Source: Podospora anserina
Taxonomy: Eukaryota
Direction of reading: 5' to 3'
Assembly: GCA_017654855.1 (NCBI GenBank)
Contig: CM030333.1
Coordinates: 1,984,001 to 2,048,000 of the forward strand
Length of the DNA: 64,000 bases
In this document: one piece after another, positions 1 through 13,000 of the stretch
Layout of the letters: every line of letters starts with the position of its first letter
Numbering within the stretch: position 1 is the first letter of the stretch
Position numbers and translations under genes: made by a program
Notes under the pieces: model-generated
Databases searched by the model: none
The model's input: the letters and a program-made list of their open reading frames with translations, nothing else
What the model was told of the DNA's origin: nothing

Positions 1-2419
1 TTAACTTCGACGACGAATTGCAACCTTTCCGCAAAGCGTCCTGCCAGACGTGCCTGCCTTGTTGTAACCAGAACCGTGCTGTGTCTGCCCCTGGGAATAA
101 AATCCCAAAGGCTCCGCTCATCATGTGTGTCAGAGTCTGTGAGCCAGTCCAGCGAGGATTCATCGTCAAGACCATCCACAACCATCAGCCAATGACTGTT
201 GGCGCTTTTCTTGAGCGCGTGGCGGACGTCCCTCACAACATCTTGCGGCGAATTTGGGTCCCTGAGACGGACTTGAAGGCCCTCCGCTATACGCTTGTAT
301 GAGAACTCGAATTGCTCGGCGCTGCCCGCGTCGATCCAGTGTATGTGAGCGCCGGGGTTTGCGATACAATATCGATAAGCATATTCAACGGCGATGTGTG
401 TCTTTCTGTGGCCGGTTCAATTAGTCTGCTGCGGAATCCAGCTTTCAGTATGGACAAGTGGCATCGGAGATGAGAGTTAAAGATGCTTACCCAGTCCCTA
501 AACCTCCGGTGAGTGCTACTACTAGGCCGTTTTCGTCATGAAACTTTTTTTCAAGGAGACCTAATATGTCTGCTCGGTCCACAAAGTGACCATCCTTCCT
601 GATTGGAATTGGAAGCTTTGCCAAGTGTGGCAGGTGACTGTGAGACTGGCTGGGCTTGGAATCTGTTGAGTATAGGAGTCAGACTACTTGTCTAGTGATC
701 TGCGTGGGTACGAGTACAAATGGAAAGGAGAAGCTGTTTGGATTCCGTCAAAATGCAGCATATGGATCCAAATATTCCTAGTTCTCGGCGAATAGACCCC
801 ATGGTCTGACCAAAGCCCCGAAACCCTGATGAGGAACCACCTTACCTACTTGCTTCCTCCTCTCCTGGTTTTCCCTTGCCACCTTGGCCATTTTCACAAT
901 CTGCTGGCGGACTGAGTCGTAGTTGGCATCTTCATTGTCTTCGAAGGTGTTCATGTTGAAGTGGTCGGCATTAAGACCTGTGGAGCCGTGGCCGTAGACT
1001 GTCGCAGATGACTGCGTAACAACAAATTCCTAAAAGAGAAGTTGAGATGTTAGTGATACCCACCTGGAAGGAATGTTGGAAATGGAATTGTCAACGTACC
1101 TGAGGCAGACTTCCGATCCCACCGAGCTTCCCTATGCTGGACGCATACATCTCGTAGAAAGAGTAGATTTCGGGCTGGACCTTGACCTCATTCTTCAGTA
1201 CTTGGTTGAAGTCCTGAACAATTCCATGAAGCATTTGGTTGTTGTGCGTCATGACCTCGAGTGTCTCCAAGTGGGTCTTCACTTGAGCGGCTACGATTGC
1301 TCGATAGATATCGCCCTCCGTGCTGAGTGCGGAGTTGCCGTCCACTCCAGCATGTGGGGTACCAAGAAAGATAAGCCCAGTGATGGCGTCGATGAGTCCA
1401 GGAAAGTTGGATCTGTGGGAGTGGGCGATGTGGAAAGCCTGTATGGAATACATGTCAAGAGCTTGTCATTGATGGGTATGGTAGAGAAACACTTACACGC
1501 TGAAGTATCAAGCCGCCAAAACAATGAGCGACGAATATGATAGGTCGTTCGGTGCATTTCTAGACATGACAGAGTTAGAGCGCAGCTTGGATAGAAACTG
1601 GGGCATAGCCTACCTCTCTCAACTTCCCCATCAAAGCGTTCAGTAGCTGGTCAGCCGCCGTATTGACTGTTTGCCTGACAGCGTTTTGGCCATGCCAGGC
1701 AGACTGGTATCCAAAGTACAATATCCTTGCTCTAGGCAAATCGGCAGGCAGCATGGACTTGTCATCAAGCCAGTTGACCTTTGTTGCTTTGTGTGTCCAA
1801 GTCTTGTAGGGGTCGGCACCAATGCCGTGGATAAAGACAAGACTAGGTAGAGTGCCAAGTTAGACCGCTGCAAAGAAACATCAACTTGTACCCAAAAGAA
1901 ATGGCAAGGTTCTCACTCAATGTCGGTTTCTTCCTCGGCAGGTTCAACCAGCTTCCTCAAGCCCAAATACTTTCGCTCGACTGTAATCATTGCCGGTAGC
2001 CCGCCAGGACCCTTCGTAGTCTTTGGCTTTGAAGCATCCTCGGTTGGTCCCTTCTGCTTGACATCTGTGGATGTCTGAGCAGTGTTGCTTGGCACAACTG
2101 GTACCTCGGGACCGGGCAAAGGTTTGGAAGCTGACTTGGATTCTTGGGCAGTGACAACTGGTTTCTCGGTCGCTGGCTTTGTGGCATCTTCTGGAGTGGT
2201 ACTAGGAGCAACCTTTGTTGCACTTGAAGTCTGTGGGTCTCCCGCGGATTGACTTGTAGTAGGTGGGTCTGGCTGGGTTCCATTGGGCTTCGAGGCAGTG
2301 TTCGTAGCCGCCGTCGAGACTTGGGGAGGGCCATCCCCTGGGTTTGGGCTCTTGGGAGCCCCGCTCAACCCTGGGGTCTCGTTCTTTGCCTCGTTGGTTG
2401 TCGGCTTTGGCTGGTCCAT
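1..2419 (-). CDS. Fungal NLR-type protein, C-terminus outside the window: Pro/Thr-rich N-terminal extension + SesB/SERAC1-like alpha/beta-hydrolase + NB-ARC
   Basis: Manual splicing keeps the frame: exons 2419-1917, 1842-1614, 1559-1497, 1438-1100, 1029-846, 662-491, 405-<1. Hydrolase motifs are DLVFIHGIGADPYKTW, RPIIFVAHCFGGLIL and LIFLGTPHAG. NB-ARC motifs are Walker A ALTGGLGTGKT (split by intron 406-490), Walker B WLMVVDGLDD and VLVTTR. Confidence 0.88.
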
Positions 2420-3578
2420 CTTGAAGAAGGTATTATTCACTTAAAAATGTTGCTCAGGTAGAAAGTCTATTGAAGTGAGAAATATGATGATAGGTAGCCC
2501 ATGGGACTTAAGTCAGGAATGTCCCTATCACGGCAGAGGTCTTATAATCCTGTCTTCATGCTCTTTCAGACTGCGCGTCGTCGTGCCTCACAAGGCTCAA
2601 GCATCATGGTTTTCAGCCGCATTGTCAAATCCCCCAAGTCTGAGCCCCAAAAGCCTCCCTCACAGGGATGTTTATGCCGGTGCCTGTCTTTCCATTTTCA
2701 GACTATGATGATGCCTTCGCCGGTCAGGATTTGACCAATCGAAGTGCAAGAAAAAAGATACTTTTACCTGAAGTACTGGCCAGTTGAAAAGGGCGTTCCA
2801 GCATGAGCTGCATGCATGTGCATGACCTAAATTGCGACCTTTTTACATAACCTTGTTTGAGAAAAAGCAACCTATCAATCCCAATCACTTCTGAGCCTGA
2901 TAATGCTCTCGTGAACATCATGGTCCGGTGGAGATGAGGCACTGCCCGTGGTTCTACAAAAACCGTCTGTGCCTGAAGCGGGAAGGATTAACGGTAGCCG
3001 CCGCCCTCCCGGGCGGGTGCCATACTGGCGACAGGCACTGCCCCAACTCACAAACTCGGTCAGACGAGATAGCAGGTTGGTGGACGCCTTGCGGAAAGGG
3101 CTTGCGTCTCCACGCATAACAAATGCTGCGCGCGGGGAATGCCTGGCAAATCAATACGAACCAAGTCATCAGCCATAGGCTTGTGTGACACACCAGTGGC
3201 TTGTAGATCTCAACCACTCGTTGGTCCAGCATAGTCAAGAAATTGGCGCCATGAATTCAAGGCACACCACCAGCTAAGACCGACGACTTAATGACTAGCT
3301 ATTGTTGAGTTGGACCCAAATCACTCAGCGCTTGTAGTCTTGCTTTATTCTCTCTTTGGGGCTAAGTGCATATATGGAAATGCACAAATGCTCGCGATAG
3401 AAGTCGATCGAATGCATATTCAAGAGTTTTAGTTCAGCAGCCCCATATTTGGAACTCAGCTTCTCCAATTTCCATTTTCTCCCTTGAATCTCTTCCAACA
3501 CACAACGCCAGACTTACGTATCCAGCTGCCAGGCTACGGCGACAACCTCATCCGACACAATCAAGCCCGGTCCCACTA

Positions 3579-4508
3579 ATGGCGGCTCACGAACAAACCA
3601 GACCTACGATGAACCCACCTGCCGGAGGCACAGAAAACGAGGACACCACCGTGCCCGGTCAACCTACTATTCCGTTCAATGACAATGCGAGGATCGTCAC
3701 TTTCCTCACCACCGACCTCTCGACCGAAAGATTGAACAGTCTCTATTCGCTGCTATTCCTGACCGGCAAGCCTGAGAATATCTCCCCCTTACACCACCAA
3801 CCCATCAAAGGGCGCACGATTCTCATCACCGAAAGGCCTGATCTGCACCTCATTTGGAACATCGACCGGATTTTCATCAAACCACTTCCGAAATATCTGC
3901 TCAGCCACTCGTTTTGGAAAGCCCACCTCCACCACCGACCTGGCAGATTGGACATTACGACCCCCACGTTATGCAACCCCAAAGACACCCTCCGTCTCGA
4001 AGCCCAAGGCTTCCTGCGCACTTACTCGCGTCTCATCCGACACGAGTCGGACTTTGATATGGCCCAAAGCCTGGGACTCCTCCCCAAGAGTCTAGACTGG
4101 GCCGGTTGGTCGCATTACATACAGGCATATGCATACCTTCGGGACACCCAAGTGGCCAGACGCTATCACTACGGCGAACTTCGCTTGCCAAGACTCAACG
4201 CCTGGACAATGGTCTGCCGCGGGGAACATTACTTTCAAATTCACTACGACCAGTTGTCCTTCTTTTCCTGTTTTGGCGGGCCGTATCTGCTGCTGTTCGG
4301 TGCAGTTACGGTGATGCTCGCGGCCCTGCAGACGGCTGTGCAGATGGTGCCGGAGGGGGGTCCTTACCGGGAGTTTGCAAATAGCTTTGTGCCCATGTCG
4401 ATCGCGCTGACGGCGGCGGGGTTGCTGTCTTTTCCGGTGCTGTGGTTTTTGTTCACGATGAGGGAGCTGTGGTTGTTTATCTTCCGATATCGATCGCTTG
4501 CTTTGTGA
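3579..4508 (+). CDS. DUF6601-like fungal protein with two C-terminal hydrophobic segments
   Basis: Single-exon ORF, first plausible ATG at 3579. Motifs PLHHQPIKGRTILITERPDLHLIW, RIFIKPLPKYLLSHSFW, GFLRTYSRLIRHESDF and RRYHYGELRLPRLN match my recollection of this family. Confidence 0.7.
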   Translation: MAAHEQTRPTMNPPAGGTENEDTTVPGQPTIPFNDNARIVTFLTTDLSTERLNSLYSLLFLTGKPENISPLHHQPIKGRTILITERPDLHLIWNIDRIFIKPLPKYLLSHSFWKAHLHHRPGRLDITTPTLCNPKDTLRLEAQGFLRTYSRLIRHESDFDMAQSLGLLPKSLDWAGWSHYIQAYAYLRDTQVARRYHYGELRLPRLNAWTMVCRGEHYFQIHYDQLSFFSCFGGPYLLLFGAVTVMLAALQTAVQMVPEGGPYREFANSFVPMSIALTAAGLLSFPVLWFLFTMRELWLFIFRYRSLAL

Positions 4509-4808
4509 GACAATCTCGACAACAACACCACAACCCAATGTGTGCACATTTTGATTATAGAAAGTTGCTTTTTTCTTCACAAATCCAAGCATAAAATAGA
4601 ATCTCTTGGCATTATCAGGCTGTGATCCATTATAGGGGTATTTACACTAGCAACAACATTGCCATGAGACCCACAATTATCCCTTTGTTGGCTCCTTTTC
4701 CGTCAGCAAAAACACACTTACATAGGTAGGAAAACAATAGATTAGACTGTCAATCTGAAAACTCAATAAAAAAAATGAAAAAATGGCAAAACCATGTGTG
4801 CGTCATCA

Positions 4809-7800
4809 CTACTGTTCAATGAATCCCCTCGGTCCTTGCTGCTTTCCCTTCACAACCTTCTTTTGCCCCGGAGCCGCTGGTCCACCAATCCGCTTTGACA
4901 TCTCCTGTTCCAATAGCCTCATCCCTGCCTTGTTCTGCTCGAAATCCAATTCCTCGTCATGGGCATCCCATTGATAGTCCACCTTTTGCTGATTGTTGGC
5001 ATGTGCGAAGTTCAGCTTGTTCTGGTCTGTGCTGCGCTGGAAGTCCAACTTTCGCTGGTCCGCCTTCACATCGAGCTTGGCCATCGACTTCTTGAGCGTG
5101 ACTTGCTGCTCGCCTGTCTTCTTGACATTGTCGCGGGTTTCCTTGTTCATCTTGTGGAGCTGGTGAACCTTGTGCTTATCGACTGCCTCGGTGGCCTTGA
5201 GCTTTTGCTTTTCCATGGTTTTGTGAGTGAGGAGTTTCTGCTGGTCGATCGCTTGTGCGGCTTGAACCTTTTGCCAGTCTGTTCTCTGCTGGGTGATGAA
5301 TTTCTGGTAGTCGGCTCTCTCCTGAGTGACAAGCTTGTGGTGGTCTGTCATCTGTGTCTGGTGGAGCTTTTGCTGATCCATCATTTGGGTCTTGCGGTAA
5401 GCCTGATAGTCCAGCATCTGTGCGAGGTGGACTTTCTGATTGTCCATCACCTGCTGGTGGCGCTCGTTGATGTGATGCTTCTGAGCGAGACCATTGTTGT
5501 CTACCGCGAGAAGTCCGGCTTTGTCTTGGTTGGCGAGCACGCGGCCCCGGTGAGCAATGTGGTTCTTTTCTTCCAATGTTTGGAGTTGCTGGAGTGTGAC
5601 TTCTGCGTCTTGATGCAACTTGCTCTCATGAAGGATGTTGCTATTCTGGACCTTGTGAACTGTAGCTTGTCCTTCTTGAACCAGGCGCTGCTCGTGGCGG
5701 GTTTGCTCAATGAAAATCTTCTGGAATTGTGCTTCTTTATCCCGACGGAGCTGGTCATCATGGTCCCGCTGGATCTTCTCAAGGCGTTTGATCTCTTTTG
5801 CAAGTGTCTCAGGGTAGCCGATTGCGCCGAGTGGCTGATCAGCAGCGACGTCAGACCAGTATCTATCCTCAGCCCCCTTATCTCTCAGCATTTGCTCAAG
5901 GGCGTAGTTAAGCTCAGCTTCCTTCTCCGAATTTGATGGATGGAGGAATTTGAGATACATGGTTGGTGAGTAATGACAAGTGATCATGCTTCCCGTTTTC
6001 GGACTTGGCTCTTGCAGGGTATATACGTTGTTGTCGTTGTTGATGTCGTCCCAGACCATGTCAAGAAGAGCTTTGATCACTGCGAACGGTCGCGGATTTT
6101 CCAGAGCCAATATCAGGGCATTCTTCCATTTCGGTGTCTTCCAAAATTGAAAAAGGTCCAAACCACCTTTCTTGAGTTCAAGAAGAGTGTCCTCCATATC
6201 CACCTGACTGCCACTCCCATCACAGCAGCATGCCATTTCATGTAAGGGGGTTCGAACCCCGTGAAGGAAAGACGCAAAGTTGACAGAAAAGTTCTTGGTC
6301 GCTATCAGGGCACGGCAAACCTTGCTGTGGAGGTTCCTTGCAGCTTCGTGAAGGCTGCCATCGTTGGGCCTGTATGGCATCTTCAGCAGAGCCTTGACAA
6401 TGTCAAGGTGACCTTCGCGGGATGCATAGAACAAAGCGGAACTGTCCAAGCTGTCCCGTATTCGGGTGTTTGCCCCGGCTTTGATCAGGTGATTGACAAC
6501 TTCAGCATGCCCAAAGGCGGCGGCAAGAATGAGCGCTGTGGCCTTCGAAACCGGTGCCACAAAGTTCACATCGACTACTGTACGACCGTTATTAGCCACA
6601 TACTCAGAAGAAAGTATTGGGGCACGTCAGCCTACCTTTGGCTTCAATCAATACTAGGATGACACCTGGCTCAATTGGGCGACTTCCTGGTGGTCGAGGC
6701 AGCAAACTCCAGAGAAGGGCGGTACAAGGCTCAGGACCATAGTCGCTGCCATATAGGGCGGTTGGTTCCGTCACGTCGAATTTGACGCCCAACTTAATCA
6801 AGCGCTTCACAAGTTTGATGGAACCAGGATGGGCCGCCAGACACTCCCTGACTGGCGCGCGGAGTTGGGGTATCGTCTTTCTGAACGTCTGAACAACATT
6901 AGAGCCATCAGATGATGTGACAATGTCGATGAACAAAAGTGCTGTCTCTTCAGTCAGTGAGGTAACCATGACTTCGAAGAAAGCACCCTCAATCGTGTCC
7001 ACTGTTGCCCCACGGCCAAGAAGCATCCTCAAGACTTCAGTGTTTCCAGCCCTAACTGCCAGCTTCAGAGCTTCTCCAGACTGAAAGTTGACATTGGCGT
7101 GTCCAACACTGAGCATAGTCTCAACCATAGCCTCTGAACAACGGTGCATCAGATATGCCTCAATGGCAATAAGAAAGGCGTGGTTGGCTTGCTCTCTCCC
7201 TCGGCCACCCCACGTGAGCAGATCATGGACAAGCCAAAGATATTTGTCGTCCGGAGCGAGCCAGTCCTTAGAAGTCTGGATGACACCCTGCAAGGCATCA
7301 ATGACTGTGCGAATATCGACATAGGCAGCGAAGAGCTCGAAAGCATCCCGCTCGTAGCTTTTGGCGGCATGACAGAAGGCTTGTCTGACATCGCTCCCTG
7401 AAACACCAAGATGAAGTAGTGCGCGGATTGTCGAGAGACCAGCCGGCATTTGCCATTTAGGATTTGCTAGAGCAGCGCGGAATCCAGCCAAGACTTCTTC
7501 TGGTGACTGACTGGCATGGGGTAGAAGGTTGAGGAGTGACAGATCCAAGCTTCTACAAGCAACTTGGAACACCGACTGCTCAAGAGGTTGGCGATTGTAG
7601 CCAGCTGCATGCAGTAGTCGTTTGACAATCCCAAGGCGTACCTCACTATCTGCAAGGCCAATAGAAGCAGAGACAGCAGCCTGCAGAGACTGTAGAGTGA
7701 CTGAACCAGACAACAGGACGGAGAGAATTCCCAGCCACCCCTTTGTCGAAGCGAGCACAAGCGGCTGGCCTCCGTTGAAGTTGACATCTGCATTGGCTCT

Positions 7801-9210
7801 TTGTACCAAGAGTTGCACCAATGAAGACCGTGACGTAGGGTCGCCCTCAAGAGAATCCCCGTGGAGCGATATGGCGAGCAATCTGTTGACTGGCTCTCCC
7901 TCCAACCCAGCAGGAAGCAAAAGGCTGGCCATATCGTGGATGATTGAAATCGACCTCACCGAAGCTAGCGAGTCGACTGTTGTAGAGATGGCGAGCTTTG
8001 ACGGCCCTCCATACAGCACGGCTTTGAGCATCGGCACAGAGCGGCTCTGAATGGCAGCATGTATCACCGCCCCGTTCTTATGCTCGATTGATGAGCCATG
8101 TTGAACAAGCGACTGGATGAGCTCAACCGACCGCCTCTGTTTGACAGCTTCAAGCAAGACTTCATCTCTCACAGGACCTTTTGCCCCTGACTGTAGACAA
8201 GCAATCAGGGCCCGGTCTAGACCAGCGGTGAATGCTTCTCCCACCATGGCGTCCAAGACAAGGGGGATAGATGCCATCTCGGGTGTAGACGCAATGGCGA
8301 CAGCAATATCTTCGTGGTGACCCAATATCGCGGCTTTGAGTGCAGCTGCATTCTCAAATTTCGGGTCCGCCTGTGCGTCCAGCAAATTCTGAACCTTCAT
8401 GTAGTTGCCTGATGCTGAAGCCCGCACCAACCCCTTGTGCCGGCAGTCTCCGCACGCTCCTTTAAGCTTTCCCAGCAGGAGGGGAAGCATGTCATTCGGA
8501 CCGTTGTCCACAGCATGCAAAAACTGCTCATGCAGGGGCTCAGCATTCGCACCACCGGATATCAAGACAGACGCTTTGGCCGTATCATTCTGGGTGATGG
8601 CAAACGGAAGTGCTCTGTCGAACGCGTCTTGGTCCGCCTTCAGGGCGAGTGCATAGACGATCTCGTATGAGCAATTCTGCACGGCTCTCTCAAGAACATC
8701 ACTGCGAATATCTTCTTGATCTCGGCCGGTCATAACCTTGAAGAGGTTGGTACTCTTCCGTCGCTTGATGGAAGCATTGGCTTCGAAGTCGGTCTGCAAG
8801 GCATAGACAAGGGCCGGAGTTGCATCGGGAACTTTTCCCTCGACGATACTTGCGAGAACCGCATTGGCGTCTTTGTAGGTGAATTCTCCTTTGGACTTTC
8901 GACTCTTGTTATTGCAGTGCTCCGACATGAGAGCTTTGGCCCGGGCCACTTCTTTCTCCGAGAATTTCATGTCGGGTTTGAAGATGGTGGACACGGTTCT
9001 GCACAAGCTGGCCCTCACGCCGAAAGGTGATGCTGGTGAGGAGAGTGGAGGCGAGTAGGGGGTTATTGGTGGACTCATTGGGGGACTCATTGGTGGACTC
9101 AATGTCGGGGTAAAAGCAGGAGATGCTGAGAACATTGTTGTTGTCGATGGTGTTGGTGGTGTTGAAATTGTTCGAGTGGAGCCCACTGTGAGATGCATTG
9201 GGGCTTCCAT
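4809..9210 (-). CDS. Large (~1447 aa) ankyrin-repeat protein with a C-terminal Q/K/H-rich coiled-coil-like tail
   Basis: ORFs 6604-9210 and 4809-6599 join through a GT..AG intron at ~6578-6635. Canonical ankyrin repeats (TALILAAAFGHAEVVNHLIKAGAN, SALFYASREGHLDIVKALL) and many degenerate ones (ADVNFNGGQPLVLAS, ANVNFQSGEALKLAV) are present. Confidence 0.82.
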
Positions 9211-10028
9211 CGTTTCGAAGAGTTGGCTACCTACCTAGGTAAAGTACCTAGGTAACAATGTCTGAGGAGGGCTTTTGATTTCAAACACAGCCTAGCTTTG
9301 GTGAGATGAAGAATAGGGACAATTGAAGGAATTCTTTCCTGGGAATCTTCTGGGTACCCTCTTCCCACGGCTTTGGGTCAGTTCTAGAGATGACAGCGAA
9401 CTGACAGAACTTCCATGTGAGGCTCTGCGGCAAAGCAAAGCGCACAATGAGCGGAGAACATGCAGTGTTGACTGCAGTGTTTGTTTCGATTTCAGACATT
9501 TTACCGGCCCGGATGCCTTTTGCTGGCCGGTGTAGCAACTGACCCCCACTGAAAATGCATGTGGTCATTTGTTGTACACCACTACAGCAAGGCGACCTAT
9601 GAGACAGTGCAGACGCCGTGTACTTGAACACCATGTACCTTTCTTTATAAGACATCTCCACGGACCACATCTGAACATGGAGGTGGACTAATTAAAATAA
9701 TGTTGGGGCTGTGCAGCCACAACGGTTCCAGCCTGGGGGCCATTGTTTCACATGTTGGGGTCAGCACCCGGTATTCCAAGAGTTGCCTTGTCAGGCTGAG
9801 GATGATCACTGAACTCCTGAATTAGTGTTTGCCTCTGGCCACTCAGTAGGTTAGCATGGTGTTGTTCGGCGCTTAGGATCAGATGCAATCTCCCTTTCTT
9901 TGATCTATCTAGATACTGTCGACCCAGGGATAAGTCTTTTTAAACCTGACAAACCTTCTCGTCATCGACATCAAAGCTCATTTTGTCCAAACATCTCAAA
10001 TACTCTCCTATTCGTACAACTAAGCACA

Positions 10029-13000
10029 ATGGCAATCAACGGCCCTCTGAAAGCAGTACCTGGCTCGGCAGAGTACCTGGAGTCTCAGTTGAGTGGTCCA
10101 GAGCTTAGCTGCCGGCACTTTCCCAAGTACCGTGCCGAGGAGGACCACCGTTACCCGAGTCGTCTTGGCTTTTTCTCTTCCGATCCCGAGCCCAAGATTA
10201 CCTACCTTGACACAAAGAAGCTCTGCATTGCCTGTCTCGTAGCCACAGTCCCAGACGGATTCAACTACATCCCTCCTTCAACGCCAGCAACGTCAGCGCC
10301 CCTGCCAATCAAGACACCAGAGTTACCTTCACAGGTATTCCAAGCTGGTCATCATCGTCTCAACCGAGGGTCTCAACCGGTGCCCACGCCCAGTCACCTC
10401 ATTGCTCCACCTGTGTCAATCGACTTGGCACAGTCGCCATGGCTTCAACATGGTTGGAGCTGGATGAAGAGCCAACGGAAGCCATTTTACGTCGATGCGT
10501 TGTACCCTTTGAATGATCGGCCACCTATCGTTAGGGCAATAGTCACGAGAGATGCTGAAATAGCTACCCATTCGGGGACCCCGTACGCTGGTCAAATCAT
10601 CACTCTCAATTCAACTGTTTTGCAAACAGAGTTTCAACAATCTACCGTGACTTCGACGATAAAACAAGTCACGGTCAAAAAGAAAGAAAGCGAAGATGGA
10701 AAAAAGAAGAAAACCGCAACGTCGACAACCAAGGCGAAACCTCAAGACACAAATCGCGGCCCCAAGTCCACCTCCTCAGACATTCCGCCAGTGCCAACGC
10801 CAAAGGTCGCCGCGAACCTTCAGAATGATTTAGGACCTCGCTCTCCCAATACAGTTTCTCTGAGCAAGGCATCCAGCAAAGAAGCAACTTCAACAAGCAT
10901 CAGTTCAAAGACTGTCAGCACTACGGGCTCCGTCCAGTCGAAACCTCGTAACGGTACGTCGGATACAAAGCTAAAGGCAGAAACCGGCTTGAAGTCAGAG
11001 GGTTTGGTAAAGTCTGGGGCTCACAGTTCTGCTGCATCATCTGTCATACCAACCGCGAAGATCACAGAGGAGCGCCATATCTCCTCGTCGATTACCAACT
11101 GGCAAGACTTGATGATGCCCATGCCCCAGCCAACTCCTGGCCTGGATACCAAAGCCGTGGCTGGAAACGTCGTCAACACCGAGGCAAGTCTCGCTGGCAA
11201 GATATCCCTGGGACAAGCCAAACCTCCTGGGAAGGACACGGCCAACCTTACACAGGTAAGAAATACAAGTTTGACAGAGGTCTGCATTGATAGCTCAGTC
11301 GTAACTGACATAATCTTTCACAGGCAGCCTCAGCAACAGCAGCCGCACGGACAACCATCACACAGACGCAACAGTCAACATCTTCGTCAAGCCAACGTTA
11401 TCTTGCAAAGAACTGGAGCCGCCACGACCCTATCCCATTTCAAGACAACAGCCACATACCACCTCTGAAGGCCTACAAACGTACCGCAGGAATACAGGGG
11501 CAAGCTAGCGAATTTCTGCCTTTAGAGAAGCTATTGCCCAAGGGCACTGTTGTCGCATCCGATGAGGATCTTTCCACGTTCAAATTCCCAGACAAGTCCT
11601 CTGGTCCTCTGCAGAAGATCTTGATGTCCATTCCTCAGACATCACATGCCCCCACCGGCGGCCCATCCGTGTCACGACAATTTATCGACAGTCTCTTGTC
11701 AACTACAACATCCACAGTTCAGACAAGTGCTTCTATGGTCCAGACGAGGGGGGTTGTCGGCTTGGATGGACGCCAGAGCCCTGGTCAACAACTGCCAGCG
11801 GCGCAGGGAGCCAAGACAACATCTCTCCGACAGACAGTTGGTCAAGCCATTGGTGGTCTTACCTCCACAAAGGCAACGATGCCCTTGCCAACCAAAGCAC
11901 CGGCTCAGTCATCTATCCCCGGATCACAAGCAGTGCAGACAGCTGCGTCAGGTATTTTCGCTGCTGCAAAACAGACCATCAGCTCAAAAGAACAAACCCG
12001 GAGTGCCCCCCAAGAGGACAAAGATAAGACCAAACAAAGAGTTCCGCCTGTCGCTGCTAAGCCATCGCAAGTCAAGGAGTCTTCAGGGGCAGTCAAGAAG
12101 AACAGTGACACAAAGTCTAAAGAGACAAAGGTGAAGACAGAACAGACCAAGACATCCTCCACCCTCGCCGCCTCTGCCAATAAAACATCCACGAGTTCCA
12201 AAAACACAAGCGAGTCTACCAAGGCCAAGAAGGAAACTTCTAGTGCTGAGACGAAGACGCGTGGTGCGAACAAGCGGAGCGGGGGCGGGGATGGGAAGTC
12301 TCTGGTGGGCTCTGGGCTGAATAAGTTGAAGGACGTTGTAGCCGCAGTTGCGGAAGGCTCCGCCGGTCTTCACGAGCCCAAGTCCAAGCAAGACGGAGGC
12401 AAGAATAACAAGACTGTAAAGAGCGATGCTAAAAAGAAGGCTACCCATGGGGTGAAGAAAGAGGTCAAAAGCAAGGTCAAGCAAGGGATCAAGAAAGACA
12501 GCAAGACGGCTAAGCCTCCAAAGGCAAGCGGCAACAGGTCTATCAAGGAGTCGAAAGGAAAGGAGAAAGTCAAAAAGAGTATGGCGTCTACGAAGTCAGA
12601 GTCTCGAAGTGTCTCCAAGAGGCAAGAGATGAAGAGCAAGACAACAAAGACAAAGACTACCACTACTAAGGCTGGGGAGAAGACGGAGAAGAAGACCGAG
12701 GAGGAGACTGAAGAGGATACGGAAGATGAGACTGAAGAGGAGACCGAGGATGAGACTGAAGAGGAGACTGAGGTTGATGATGAGGATGAGAGTGAGGATG
12801 AGAGTGGGGAAGAGACTGAGGATGAGAGTGGGGATGAGAGTGAGGATGAGAGTGAAGATAAGACTGAGAGTGAGGAGAAGTCCAGCGGTGAGTTATCAGG
12901 CCATAAAAGATTGTCAGACGTTAAAAAGGAATCAACTGGCGACAACGACGACGCAGATGGCTTCAAGGAGGATGGTGACTCTGATTTTTCAAATCCGAAC

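Noticed and set aside
4959-5936. 325-aa Leu-rich plus-strand ORF
   Set aside because: It is the antisense shadow of the Gln/Lys-rich tail of the ankyrin gene.
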